A stretch of DNA of 64,000 nt from Anaerolineae bacterium (lineage in GTDB: Bacteria; Chloroflexota; Anaerolineae; UBA1429), in NCBI GenBank assembly GCA_963675785.1, contig OY776562.1:2080001-2144000 (forward strand), in the 5' to 3' direction. Below are positions 1 to 9,949 of this stretch, piece by piece. The translations under genes and the position numbers were made by a program. Position 1 is the stretch's first letter. Each line of letters opens with the position of its first letter. The notes below the pieces were generated by a model. The model worked only from the letters and a program-made list of their open reading frames with translations. It ran no database searches and had not been told where the DNA came from.

Positions 1-940
1 GACTACCAAGGCCCTCAGGCCCCGTTGCGACTACAGTTGGCAAAGGGTTACGCCCCGCAAAAGCTCGGTCAAGGTTGTCATAGAAACTCTCAAAAGTATC
101 GCCGTAATGATTCCAGAAATAATCAACGGCACGATGCCAGGTAGCCACCGGCATGAGCAAAGATATTCCCAAAAGCAACACGATGATGGTTACGCTAGAA
201 TTGACCGAGCGTTCTCGCACACTCAGGGCGACATCCAAACCACGGGCATTCCAGCGCGATTCGAGCGTGATGATCCTATTCCAGAACATGGCCACCAGAA
301 ACAGCGCGAAAAAGATATACACAAAAACTGAACCCAGGCCAGTGTAGGCAGCGTTGATAATGGTGCTGATGCCAATGGGCAAGAGTGCAATGATTGGTTT
401 CCGCGCTTTGATGAGGTAGAGGGCAGCCCACAAGGCACAGAACCACACCAAAAAAACGGCTCCCAGCTTGAGTGCTGTTGTATCCAACGAAGACTGACCA
501 AGCTGCAGCACAGCCCACCAATCCACGAGACGTTCCCACATGTCCTCAAGAGCCCGCGCAACATGCTGTAAAGAGCCAGAAAAAGGCGTGATGGGTTCCG
601 GCCATTGCCCCAGCAAAAGGGCCTTTAGCCAGGGAAATAGCACTTGCAGATCGCGCCAAATGATCTCGGCGCGGGGCATCACATCAGCTACCCAATTGAT
701 GCTGTACTCTAGGCCCAAAATAGAACCAAAGATCATAGAAAACCACAACGGGAACGGTGTTCTAGCAAGGATAGCACCTATTGCCACCGCAATGAGTGCG
801 GGGGCAAACAGACGATATCCCTGCGGAAGCCACATGGTTTCATCAAAACTGAACGGTAAGATGAGCGCCGCAAGCGCCAGAACGATGATCAGCACGATAT
901 CTTTGCGCCAGGAAGGTTGTACGATCGAAACTGTATCCAT
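1..940 (-). CDS. Membrane protein, probably transglutaminase-like (DUF3488/TglA-type), N-terminal part; runs off the window edge
   Basis: Not in the ORF track because it has no stop in the window. ATG at 940 abuts the DUF58 stop. Both ends translated by hand: MDTVSIVQPSWRKDIVLIIVLALAALILPF...ESRWNARGLD...LLLGISLLMP...DRAFAGRN. Multi-TM. Product inferred from typical DUF58-transglutaminase synteny. Confidence 0.6.
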   Translation of the reverse strand, partial: MDTVSIVQPSWRKDIVLIIVLALAALILPFSFDETMWLPQGYRLFAPALIAVAIGAILARTPFPLWFSMIFGSILGLEYSINWVADVMPRAEIIWRDLQVLFPWLKALLLGQWPEPITPFSGSLQHVARALEDMWERLVDWWAVLQLGQSSLDTTALKLGAVFLVWFCALWAALYLIKARKPIIALLPIGISTIINAAYTGLGSVFVYIFFALFLVAMFWNRIITLESRWNARGLDVALSVRERSVNSSVTIIVLLLGISLLMPVATWHRAVDYFWNHYGDTFESFYDNLDRAFAGRNPLPTVVATGPEGLGS

Positions 941-2257
941 TTACAGAATCTCCCTTCCTACCGTCACCCAGTCAGAATCCGGTCGGCCGGTAAGCCGCCA
1001 GTCCATACGGCGTTGACGACTGGCCGTTGTCTCGGGGCGCTGCCGGCGGGCAATATCTTCCAGAGCTAACGAACGTCCAATTGTTGTGGTGCTAATGCCA
1101 AACTCTGCCAAAGCAGAGCGAATATCAGGAGATGGAGGAGCACCGAATTGGGGGGCATCAAGCAAAAAGACATGCGGATAAATGCCACGATGGCGATATT
1201 CGAGCACCTCTTCAAGCCAGGCACTATCTGCTGAGGGCGTAATCACCGCCGCTGTCATGCCGCGCTTCACAAGCTGTTGGCTATCTCGAAGGAGCTGGTT
1301 TAGAGGCTCGGTGGAAACTGCGTGAAGACTAGCCAGTTCTTTGAGGATAATCCATAAATGTTGCATTCCTTTTTGCGGCTGAACGATATGCAGCTCAGTA
1401 TCGCAAGAAAGCAATCCAACAGCGTGTTGGTCAGACAAGAGCTGGCTAGCCAGCGTAGTTGCCAAAATGACGGCGTATTCCTCGGTAGAAATCAAGCCCG
1501 AACCTGCATGTACACGCCTATGCATATCAAGCACAATCCACACATCACCAGTGGGCTCGATATCGAACTCGCGAACAAAGATGCCGCCGTTATCTTCAGT
1601 GCTACGTTTAGCGGTTGTTCGCCAATGTATCTTGCTCAACGGATCGCCGGGGTTGTAATCTCGCACAGAAGAAGCATTAGTGGTGAGCTGCAGGCTGCGT
1701 TGGTTTGCCCGTCCGCCACTGCTATTGGTTCCCTGAGGAGTGAGCAATCGGGGCAATGGTGCCACAGCGGGGTACACCACGAAAACGTCAGTGGCACTAT
1801 GGGTTACGGTCACCTCAAAGAGGCCAAAGGGATCTCCCATGAGAATATCTACGGGACCAAGACGAAACACGCCGCGTTGAGAGCAAAGGACAGTTTTCTG
1901 CCAGTTTGAATATCGCCGCCCTTGCAAGCCAAAAGCGCGGCTGGCATCATAACCTGGCAGCGTTGAGTAGTCTTGTACTTCGGCCCAGGGTACCGACATC
2001 CAGGAATGATTCTGGACAATAAAGCGCTCTTCCAGAATGTCGCCTACCTGCGCCCATGTATGCCGCCGTTCCCGACGCACATAAATGGCCTTGGAGACAC
2101 GTTTACACCAGTAATAGCAAACGGCAATCAGCCCTGCAAGAATCCAAAATGCAAACTGCGTGACACGAGTGGGGGAAAAGATTTGCAGGGAGAGTAGAAA
2201 TCCCGCCAGAATAAGGGGAAGCCAAGAGCGTACGCGTACACGACTTTGTAACATCAC
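941..2257 (-). CDS. DUF58 domain protein
   Basis: Motifs RGVFRLGP..DPFGLF, VRDYNPGDPLSKIHWRTTAK, VREFD; N-terminal TM helices. Confidence 0.9.
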   Translation of the reverse strand: MMLQSRVRVRSWLPLILAGFLLSLQIFSPTRVTQFAFWILAGLIAVCYYWCKRVSKAIYVRRERRHTWAQVGDILEERFIVQNHSWMSVPWAEVQDYSTLPGYDASRAFGLQGRRYSNWQKTVLCSQRGVFRLGPVDILMGDPFGLFEVTVTHSATDVFVVYPAVAPLPRLLTPQGTNSSGGRANQRSLQLTTNASSVRDYNPGDPLSKIHWRTTAKRSTEDNGGIFVREFDIEPTGDVWIVLDMHRRVHAGSGLISTEEYAVILATTLASQLLSDQHAVGLLSCDTELHIVQPQKGMQHLWIILKELASLHAVSTEPLNQLLRDSQQLVKRGMTAAVITPSADSAWLEEVLEYRHRGIYPHVFLLDAPQFGAPPSPDIRSALAEFGISTTTIGRSLALEDIARRQRPETTASRQRRMDWRLTGRPDSDWVTVGREIL

Positions 2258-2348
2258 CTCTCCAGGTTTACTAAAAAGGCGTTCAGAAGTCTATAATACC
2301 AAAAGGGCGTAGAGAATGCTATCTCTACGCCCTCGAAATTCAGATAAA

Positions 2349-3530
2349 TCAAACAGATGGATCCAGTGGTCTGGTTTCGTCACCGTCAGCCGACTCATCC
2401 TCATCATTCTCTGCATCTGGAAAAGAGTCAGTATCTTCAGATTCATCTTCCAAGAGATCTTCTTCCATATCGTTCAGAAGAGCGGTGAATCCGGCAATGC
2501 TATCATCGAGGTCAGAATCGTTGATCTCGCTCTCAAAAAGCTTTTGCGTATCGCCCTTGGTTGACATGGAACCAGACGACGCCTTATCAGGCGACTGTAC
2601 AGTCCGAATCTGTTGCAGGGCATCCACTTTGGTAATGAGCAACGCCCCTACTCCCCAGGCCTCAGCAGCCAGCAATAGAATCGTCCCCACACAGGGCACA
2701 TAAGAGAGCAGCCCCAGTAACGCAGCGCCAAGCAATGTCTCAGTAACGGCATTCATCGATTTGAGAGACAGCAAGCGGGCTAAACGCTGGCCCAGCCAAC
2801 GCCCTACTGCCGCCCAGCCAAAGAGCGCGGCGACAAGTATGAACACTCCCAAAACCAACAACAGTGGAATGCCGATGCAAATAAGTGAGAGTACGCCGAA
2901 CAAAATCGCCAGCACAATGACAAGAACGATTGTCAGGGCGCCGATGCCCACACTGGCGATCCAGTCCGTCGTCATCACCAAATTGGTTTCTTCAATCGCC
3001 CTGGGGGCAATGAGAACCGCTAATACCGCCAGCCCCAGAATGAGGATGAACGACAATGAACGACCCAAAACGTTGGATGTATCCGCATATTGCACTTTAG
3101 TAATCTCTTGGGTTACCGAAGGAAATACGTCTCCAGAGGAGAATCCAATACGATCACCAAGGATCTGAGCTCCCTCTTGTTCTTGAAGGCTCCCCAGATT
3201 GACAAGATCACCTTCAATCAATGCTGTCGATTCGACGTTGATTTGTCCACCAAAAACGACGACATCACCACTTACTGTACCGGCGAGGGTTAGATCGCCG
3301 CCAAATACAGCTACACTGCCATCTACAAAGCTGTCTTCCATGAGTGAGGCTGATCCGCCAAAAACCGTCAGATCACCAAGAAGCTGCTCGCCAGAACTGA
3401 GCACATAATCTTCACCAAAGACGGTATTCGCTGTGCCAGAATCCGCCATCACCGGAAATGCTCCCAGCAATGTGACGGCCACAACAAGCGCTAGAGCCTG
3501 AACGAACCTCCGCATCGTCTTACCAGTCAT
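2349..3530 (-). CDS. Secreted/membrane protein with polymer-forming (bactofilin-like) beta-helix repeats, multi-TM region and acidic tail
   Basis: Signal peptide, GDLTVFGG/GSVAVFGG/GDVVVFGG repeats and several TM segments. Start moved to ATG 3530, just after the anti-sigma stop. Confidence 0.7.
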   Translation of the reverse strand: MTGKTMRRFVQALALVVAVTLLGAFPVMADSGTANTVFGEDYVLSSGEQLLGDLTVFGGSASLMEDSFVDGSVAVFGGDLTLAGTVSGDVVVFGGQINVESTALIEGDLVNLGSLQEQEGAQILGDRIGFSSGDVFPSVTQEITKVQYADTSNVLGRSLSFILILGLAVLAVLIAPRAIEETNLVMTTDWIASVGIGALTIVLVIVLAILFGVLSLICIGIPLLLVLGVFILVAALFGWAAVGRWLGQRLARLLSLKSMNAVTETLLGAALLGLLSYVPCVGTILLLAAEAWGVGALLITKVDALQQIRTVQSPDKASSGSMSTKGDTQKLFESEINDSDLDDSIAGFTALLNDMEEDLLEDESEDTDSFPDAENDEDESADGDETRPLDPSV

Positions 3531-3535
3531 GATGC

Positions 3536-4075
3536 TCACCGCCGCCTGGACGAAACGAGCTTTAGCGCATCGAACCAGAGAAAAATCAGGAAACCGCAAC
3601 CGATTGTCAGGGCTATAACCATCACACTGCCCGAGCTATTGACGGCAGACCCCGCCATCCCTCGCAAACTCGAAAATACCGTCGAGATGACTCCGAGGAA
3701 CTGTAAAAAACCGTCGGCAAACGTGCCTGTCATCGACGGAACGCTTGTCTCTCCCAGATTGCTCTCACCACCTGTTGGGGCAAACACCAAAAGGCCAACC
3801 AAAACACTGGCCAGAACAAACACACCCAGACTGCCTAACACGGCCCTGCGATGATTACGGCGTTTGACCTGCTGCATCACCCGCTGAGTAAAATCAGCGC
3901 GTGGCGCCAGAATACGGCTGCTACCCATGAGGGTTGAAGCATATTCCATTTGTGTGAGCAACCGACGGCACGTCGGGCATACAGCCAGATGTTGCTGCAG
4001 AGTATGTTCTTGCTCTACAGTCAGTTCGACATCCTGCTTGAGAGAGATAAGCTCGGAAGCCTGTTCACATTGCAT
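3536..4075 (-). CDS. Zinc-binding anti-sigma factor (zf-HC2) with TM segments
   Basis: MQC...HLAVCPTC (HxxxCxxC); lies directly after the ECF sigma gene. Confidence 0.85.
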   Translation of the reverse strand: MQCEQASELISLKQDVELTVEQEHTLQQHLAVCPTCRRLLTQMEYASTLMGSSRILAPRADFTQRVMQQVKRRNHRRAVLGSLGVFVLASVLVGLLVFAPTGGESNLGETSVPSMTGTFADGFLQFLGVISTVFSSLRGMAGSAVNSSGSVMVIALTIGCGFLIFLWFDALKLVSSRRR

Positions 4076-4105
4076 TATGCTTGCTCCTTGTCTTATCCCG
4101 GCCGT

Positions 4106-4672
4106 CTATGCAGCCGAAACCTGTTTCTGTTCGGCCAACATAACGGCCATTTGCTTTCTGGCGCGATGAAGCCTTGACTTGACTGCACTCACAGTGGTCT
4201 CGGTGATCTCGGCCATTTCTTCGTATGAATATTCATGCCAATACCGTAAAATAATTAGCAATCGATACTCTTCTGGTAACTGTTGCAAAAGTGCACGAAT
4301 TTCCCGCTCACGGTCTGCATTGAGCGTTCTATCTTCAGGCCTTGGCTTTTGATCGGGAATCCAACGCCAGGCCATGATCTCTTCCATCGATACAGCATTC
4401 TCTCTGCGGCGGCGCAAGCGGTCAATACAGTGATGTGAGGCGACCGAAAGTATCCATGAGGAGAACTTGCGCTCAGGATCAAAGGTGTCCAATCTCGAGT
4501 ACACCTTGATAAACGTTTCCTGAGCAGCGTCTTCCGCCTCAGACTCTGAGCCTAACATTCGATAGGCCAGGTTATAGACCGGTCGTTCGTATGCCTTGAC
4601 GATCTCAGCAAACGCTTCCTGATCTCCCGCCCGTGCCTGCAGGACCCACTGTAGCTCTTGATCCTGATCCAA
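4106..4672 (-). CDS. ECF RNA polymerase sigma factor (SigW-like)
   Basis: AEDAAQETFIKVY, FSSWILSVASHHCID, SYEEMAEI...VKSRLHRAR; TTG start with GGAGG RBS. Confidence 0.92.
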   Translation of the reverse strand: MDQDQELQWVLQARAGDQEAFAEIVKAYERPVYNLAYRMLGSESEAEDAAQETFIKVYSRLDTFDPERKFSSWILSVASHHCIDRLRRRRENAVSMEEIMAWRWIPDQKPRPEDRTLNADREREIRALLQQLPEEYRLLIILRYWHEYSYEEMAEITETTVSAVKSRLHRARKQMAVMLAEQKQVSAA

Positions 4673-4723
4673 CGAAATCCTCCAAGAATCCTGTCGATAT
4701 GGGTCCGCACGGTTCAGATACTA

Positions 4724-4749
4724 TACGTATCAACAGAGATAGAGTTGCA
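4724..4749 (-). promoter_or_regulatory. SigW-type ECF promoter TGCAAC-N16-CGTA upstream of the sigma gene
   Basis: Minus strand reads TGCAAC tctatctctgttgata CGTA; the SigW consensus is TGAAAC-N16-CGTA. Confidence 0.75.
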
Positions 4750-4753
4750 TATT

Positions 4754-5239
4754 TTAGAATACCAAAATGTGAATTTCGTGACTGCCCGAATCATAAACAG
4801 CGCAGGATGATTCACCAAAGCGTCCCATTACCTCGCCAGGGTTCACCAAGAGGCAGTCACCATAGCGCTTTTCCTCACGCCGATGGCTGTGTCCGTAGCA
4901 TACCAGATCATAGGCACCGCAACGGGCCAAAGGATCGGCAACCTTACCATAGTGGCAGAGCGCGATTTTGCGCCCATCCAACTCTAGTTCACCGATTTCA
5001 CCATGCAGAATAATGTTACCGGCCCGCTCAGCTTGCTGCGTCAACAAGAGCTTGTCACCATCGTTATTGCCCCACACCACGTGAACAGGCCCCTTAAAGC
5101 CTTGGCCCAGCATGGCCATGGTAAAAGGGGCACACAGATCACCCATGCAGAACAAAACATCACAATCGGACAGTTTGTTCAGCGCTCGTTCCAAAGCCCA
5201 GATGTTGTCGTGGATATCGGATAGAATGCCGATTCGCAT
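4754..5239 (-). CDS. YfcE/MJ0936-family metallophosphoesterase
   Basis: SDIHDN, GDL, GNND, H, GHSH and NPG motifs. Confidence 0.9.
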   Translation of the reverse strand: MRIGILSDIHDNIWALERALNKLSDCDVLFCMGDLCAPFTMAMLGQGFKGPVHVVWGNNDGDKLLLTQQAERAGNIILHGEIGELELDGRKIALCHYGKVADPLARCGAYDLVCYGHSHRREEKRYGDCLLVNPGEVMGRFGESSCAVYDSGSHEIHILVF

Positions 5240-5254
5240 GGCGACCTCCCTGCA

Positions 5255-5905
5255 CTAACGCTTTGATAGCTTTTTTTTGTAACGAGCATAAGAGCTGGTG
5301 AAATGCACCAGAGGCGAAGAGACTCGCCCCAATATCTTGCTTTGGCCGATAGAGACCTTGAATTCGTTGGCAGTCTCAAAGGACGGTATATCGACACAGG
5401 CACGCCCCACTTCATAGGGATGATGGGCGTCGCTGCCTGCCCCCTGGGCAATACCCCGCTCGATAGCCAAATCGACCGCTGCACGATTATCTTGCTTTTT
5501 GATGACCCGCGCATTGAGCACTTCGAGCGCATCAACAGTGGCAAGGATGCGCATTAGCGCTTCACGCTTAATCACCGATTTGCGCAAACTATCGAATGGA
5601 TGGGGTATATAAACCACACCGCCCTGCTCTCGGATGCGCCCAATTGTCTCCTCAGGAGACAGGCCCGACGGGATGGTTTCGTTGAGGAACAAGCCGATGA
5701 TCTCACCCTCGGCAGTTTTTATCTCTTCGCCCACAATCACCTTGAAAGGTGCCAGTTCCTGAACACGCCAGGCTCCATCAATGATATTGTGGTCGACAAT
5801 AGCGATGCCATCAAGTTCGCGCCGCTGGACTACCTGTACAAGAGTCTCGGGGGCCATTAGTGAATCTTTGGAAGAAGATGTATGCACATGTAGATCGATC
5901 TTCAT
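5255..5905 (-). CDS. PHP domain protein
   Basis: DLHVHT, IVDHN, PHPF and GSDAH motifs. Confidence 0.9.
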   Translation of the reverse strand: MKIDLHVHTSSSKDSLMAPETLVQVVQRRELDGIAIVDHNIIDGAWRVQELAPFKVIVGEEIKTAEGEIIGLFLNETIPSGLSPEETIGRIREQGGVVYIPHPFDSLRKSVIKREALMRILATVDALEVLNARVIKKQDNRAAVDLAIERGIAQGAGSDAHHPYEVGRACVDIPSFETANEFKVSIGQSKILGRVSSPLVHFTSSYARYKKKLSKR

Positions 5906-5932
5906 CAGCAGCTCTTTTCAGTTCAGAAGACA

Positions 5933-5964
5933 GAGGCGGCTGGCACACACAAGCCAACCGCCTC
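5933..5964 (-). terminator. Hairpin after the EF-G paralogue
   Basis: gaggcggctggc...gccaaccgcctc inverted repeat; weak U tract. Confidence 0.5.
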
Positions 5965-5988
5965 GAAATATATTGAATTCAGCGAGCA

Positions 5989-8058
5989 CTATTCGCGCTC
6001 GGCGCGCTCCTTGGCATCCGCCTGAATCTGCTCAATCAGGTGACTGGGCACGATGTCATAGTGCGAAAATTCCATAGAGAAATAGCCGCGGCCTTGTGTC
6101 ATGGAACGCAAGTCCGTTGCATAGCGCTGAATCTCGGCCAAAGGCACCTGAGCGGTAACGATGCCATTGCCGCGAGCACTTTCCATTCCCGATACACGCG
6201 CGCGGCGTGTGTTCAAGTCACCGAGGATATCGCCCATCGACTCTTCGGGGACAGTCACAACAACATTCATCACCGGCTCAAGCAGCACGGGGGCACACAG
6301 GGGGATACCATTCTTAAAGGCCAAGTGCGCAGCTAATTTAAAAGCCATTTCTGACGAGTCCACCGGGTGATACGACCCATCATAGATAATCGCCTTCAAG
6401 TCCACCGTGGGATAACCAGCAATAACACCGTCGCTCAGGACTTCGTTGAGGCCTTTTTCGACAGCGGGCACATACTGCTTGGGCACCGAACCACCAAAGA
6501 TCTCGTTGGCAAACTCGAAACCAGCACCACGCTCCAGAGGCTCAAAGCGAATCCAGCAATCACCAAATTGGCCGCGCCCACCGGTCTGTTTCTTGTGACG
6601 CCCTTGAACCTGGCCGATCTGGGTGATGGTCTCGCGATAGGCAATCTTGGGCAGTTCGGTCTCGATCTCAACGCCAAACTTTGAGGCAAGCTTCCGTGCG
6701 GCAATCTGAATGTGTGAATCGCCCATACCCGATATGATCAGCTCGTTGGTCTCGCTGTTACGCTCGACCCGCAGTGTGTTATCCTCTTCGGTCAAGCGGG
6801 CAAGGCCCTGGCCCATTTTATCCAGATCTGCCTTGCTCTTGGGAAATACGGCTACCGAGAAAAGCGGTTGGGGATAGGCAATAGGAGCAACCTGATACTG
6901 CTCACCGCGATCACACAGCGTATCCGAAGTCACGGTCACATCCAGCTTGTTGACCACACCGATATCGCCAGCGACGATACGCTCTGCGATCTTTTGATCC
7001 TTACCAAAGGGGATAAAGACCTGGCCAACGCGCTGTTCAGCCTGTTGATTCACGTTATAAACACGAGAGTCGGAGGTCAGCGAACCAGAAAATACGCGGA
7101 AGAAGCTCATCTTGCCAACAAAGGGGTCAGCCAGAGTTTTGAACACCTGAGCGACCAACGGGCCGTTGATGTCGCAAGTCAGTTCAACTTCTTCACCCGA
7201 AGCAACGTCAGTAGCCTTGCGAACCACATCCACAGGTGAAGGTGCGAAACGAATCATAGCGTTCAAGAACGATTTAACACCAATGCGCTCTGTAGCAGAG
7301 CCAGCAAAGACCAGGGTCAAATCACCAGAACGTGCGCCCCGAGAGAGCGCCGAGACGATTTCATCATCGGTGATCTCTTCTTCTTCCAGATATTTCATCA
7401 TGAGCTCGTCGTCAATTTCGACGGCCAGCTCTACCATCTGCATTCGGGCTACCTGGACATCAGCTGCAATATCGGCCGGAATATCCTGTTCAGCCGCATC
7501 GGGCCCCATATAGGCCTTCATCGTTACCAGGTCCACCACACCTTTGAGCTCAGCCTGGGCACCAACCGGAATCTGAACGGGAACAAACTTGCCATCGAAT
7601 TTTTGGCTCAGCTGCTCCAGAGCCTGTTCAAAGTTGGCATTGTCGCGATCCATCTTGTTCACAAAGATGAAGCTCGGCAGACCTTCGTCTTTTAGATACT
7701 GCCAGTGGAGCTCTGCCCCCACTTCGACACCAGATGCCGCACAAATAACCAAAACACCGGCGTCCACGGCGCGAAGTGCGTTCTTGACTTCGCCTACAAA
7801 GTCCGTGTAACCCGGTGCATCGACGACATTCAGCTTTTTCTTCTGCCACTCGAAAGAAAGCACCGAGGCACTCACTGAAAGGCCGCGGCGATGCTCTTCT
7901 TCATCATAGTCAGAAACCGTGTTTTTGTCTTCAATACGGCCAAGACGCGACACCGCACCCGCGGCAAAGAGCATAGCCTCACTCAGAGAGGTCTTTCCAC
8001 TGCTCCCATGGCCCAGTAGCGTGATGTTGCGCAGGTCGGCTGGTTTATACTCCCCCAT
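5989..8058 (-). CDS. fusA: Elongation factor G paralogue (EF-G2/FusA-like)
   Basis: GHGSSGKTS, DAPGY, NKMD, HKKQTGGRGQFG, DGSYHPVDSSE; not in an rpsL-rpsG-tuf operon. Confidence 0.9.
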   Translation of the reverse strand: MGEYKPADLRNITLLGHGSSGKTSLSEAMLFAAGAVSRLGRIEDKNTVSDYDEEEHRRGLSVSASVLSFEWQKKKLNVVDAPGYTDFVGEVKNALRAVDAGVLVICAASGVEVGAELHWQYLKDEGLPSFIFVNKMDRDNANFEQALEQLSQKFDGKFVPVQIPVGAQAELKGVVDLVTMKAYMGPDAAEQDIPADIAADVQVARMQMVELAVEIDDELMMKYLEEEEITDDEIVSALSRGARSGDLTLVFAGSATERIGVKSFLNAMIRFAPSPVDVVRKATDVASGEEVELTCDINGPLVAQVFKTLADPFVGKMSFFRVFSGSLTSDSRVYNVNQQAEQRVGQVFIPFGKDQKIAERIVAGDIGVVNKLDVTVTSDTLCDRGEQYQVAPIAYPQPLFSVAVFPKSKADLDKMGQGLARLTEEDNTLRVERNSETNELIISGMGDSHIQIAARKLASKFGVEIETELPKIAYRETITQIGQVQGRHKKQTGGRGQFGDCWIRFEPLERGAGFEFANEIFGGSVPKQYVPAVEKGLNEVLSDGVIAGYPTVDLKAIIYDGSYHPVDSSEMAFKLAAHLAFKNGIPLCAPVLLEPVMNVVVTVPEESMGDILGDLNTRRARVSGMESARGNGIVTAQVPLAEIQRYATDLRSMTQGRGYFSMEFSHYDIVPSHLIEQIQADAKERAERE

Positions 8059-8316
8059 CTAAAAGCACCCTCCTATGCTCTTTGGTACGCCTCGTAGCAT
8101 TATAGCATCACGACAGGTAATCACCAAGACGCCACTATGCCTCCATACATAATACAGACAGTAGTCTCACGGCCAAATGGCTGAGTTACACCTGTAGCCT
8201 GGGCCCGATTTTCATAGTCCGTTAGAGTTCCGAGCAGAAAGAGATAGCATATCTAGACGCCTGTTGCACGTCTGCTGTCTGCATGTTAAAAGAAAGGAGT
8301 TTGGAATGGAGATGAA

Positions 8317-8748
8317 ATGCTGCAAGTGAACTTTTATCAGCATATCGATGATGCACTGCTCAAGTTCGCCGTGATCGTCTCGGAATACAATGAGAAGTGG
8401 ATCTTTTGCAAGCACAACCAAAGGGACACCTACGAAATCCCAGGCGGACACAGAGAGCTGGGCGAGACGATTCTGCAAACCGCCCAAAGAGAACTGGTAG
8501 AAGAAACCGGTGCATGCCGGTTTGATATCTATCCCGTCTGCATCTATTCAGTGCAGGAAGACGAAGAGACATTTGGCATGCTCTATTATGCCCATATCAG
8601 CGAACTGGGAGATTTGCCAGATTCCGAGATAGAGCGAATTGAGCTATTCGACTCACTCCCCGATAAACTGACCTACCCTCAGATTCAGCCCTATTTGTTC
8701 GACCGGATCATATCCTTTATATCCAACGCTCAATCAGAAACCGCCTAG
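8317..8748 (+). CDS. NUDIX hydrolase (MutT-like)
   Basis: Nudix box [23 protein letters not shown]. Confidence 0.9.
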   Translation: MLQVNFYQHIDDALLKFAVIVSEYNEKWIFCKHNQRDTYEIPGGHRELGETILQTAQRELVEETGACRFDIYPVCIYSVQEDEETFGMLYYAHISELGDLPDSEIERIELFDSLPDKLTYPQIQPYLFDRIISFISNAQSETA

Positions 8749-9914
8749 AGTAAATCAGCAAAGCTCGTGCCGTATTCAGGTTTCTCAACACGTAGCCATT
8801 CAGCGACCGTCGCTGCCAAATCCGCATACATGGGACGCGTCCCCAAGTTCGTACCAGACTGAATGGCCTTGCCATAAACTAGCAGCGGCACCAACTCCCG
8901 CGAGTGATCGGTGCTGGGTGTTGTCGGATCGCAACCATGATCCGCTGTCAGCATCAATACCTCATCATCCCGCAAGGCATCTACGATCTCTGGCAATCGC
9001 CTATCAAAAGCCTCCAAAGCATCGGCATAGCCGCGAGGATTGTTGCGGTGACCGTAACGCATGTCAAAATCGACCAAGTTCGTGAAAATGAGCCCGTTTT
9101 TGCCCGTGTTCATATAGTCGAGCGTCTTGTCCACGCCATCCATGTTGTCATGGGTGTGTACGGCCTCAGTAATACCCTGGCCCGCAAAAATATCCTCAAT
9201 TTTACCTACCGCCATGACAGGCAGACCAGCGGCAACAATGTGGTCAAGCAGAGTTGGGCCTGGGGGCAATGCGGAAAAATCTCGACGTCGGTCAGTGCGT
9301 GTAAAGTTGCCCGGTTCGCCAATAAAGGGACGGGCAATGACGCGGCCAACATTGTGTTCCCCGGTCAGAATCTCACGGGCAATACGGCAGATGCGGTACA
9401 ACTCGTCGATGGGAATAACCTCTTCGTGGGCGGCAATCTGAAAAACACTGTCACCTGAGGTATAAACGATAGGGTAACCCGTCGCCATATGCTCAGGTCC
9501 CAATTCCTCGATGATGACCGTGCCCGAGGCGGGATAATTGCCTAACGATTTGCGCCCGATACGCCGCTCAAACTCAGAAATAACCTCGGGCGGAAAGCCA
9601 TGGGGATAGGTGGGCAACGGTGTTCTGGAAACTTGTCCCATCAATTCCCAATGACCAATGGTAGTGTCTTTGCCGGCGGATACTTCCTGAAGCTTGCCAA
9701 ACGCCGCCGTGGCAAATGAGGTGGGCGGTACGCCCTCAATCTCGACGATATTACCCAGGCCCATGGCACTCAGATTGGGCATATGTAGGCCTTTCACGGC
9801 GCGCGCCGTGTTGCCCAGCGTGTTACTACCGGCATCGCCAAAAGCAGCCGAATCGGGGGCTTCACCAGCACCTACGCTATCCAGTACGATAACAGTTACT
9901 CTATGAATGATCAT
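8745..9914 (-). CDS. deoB: Phosphopentomutase
   Basis: [38 protein letters not shown]; start at ATG 9914 after AAAGGAG. Confidence 0.95.
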   Translation of the reverse strand: MIIHRVTVIVLDSVGAGEAPDSAAFGDAGSNTLGNTARAVKGLHMPNLSAMGLGNIVEIEGVPPTSFATAAFGKLQEVSAGKDTTIGHWELMGQVSRTPLPTYPHGFPPEVISEFERRIGRKSLGNYPASGTVIIEELGPEHMATGYPIVYTSGDSVFQIAAHEEVIPIDELYRICRIAREILTGEHNVGRVIARPFIGEPGNFTRTDRRRDFSALPPGPTLLDHIVAAGLPVMAVGKIEDIFAGQGITEAVHTHDNMDGVDKTLDYMNTGKNGLIFTNLVDFDMRYGHRNNPRGYADALEAFDRRLPEIVDALRDDEVLMLTADHGCDPTTPSTDHSRELVPLLVYGKAIQSGTNLGTRPMYADLAATVAEWLRVEKPEYGTSFADLL

Positions 9915-9949
9915 GGGGCTCCTTTGCCTTGAGACACTCATATATGGAT

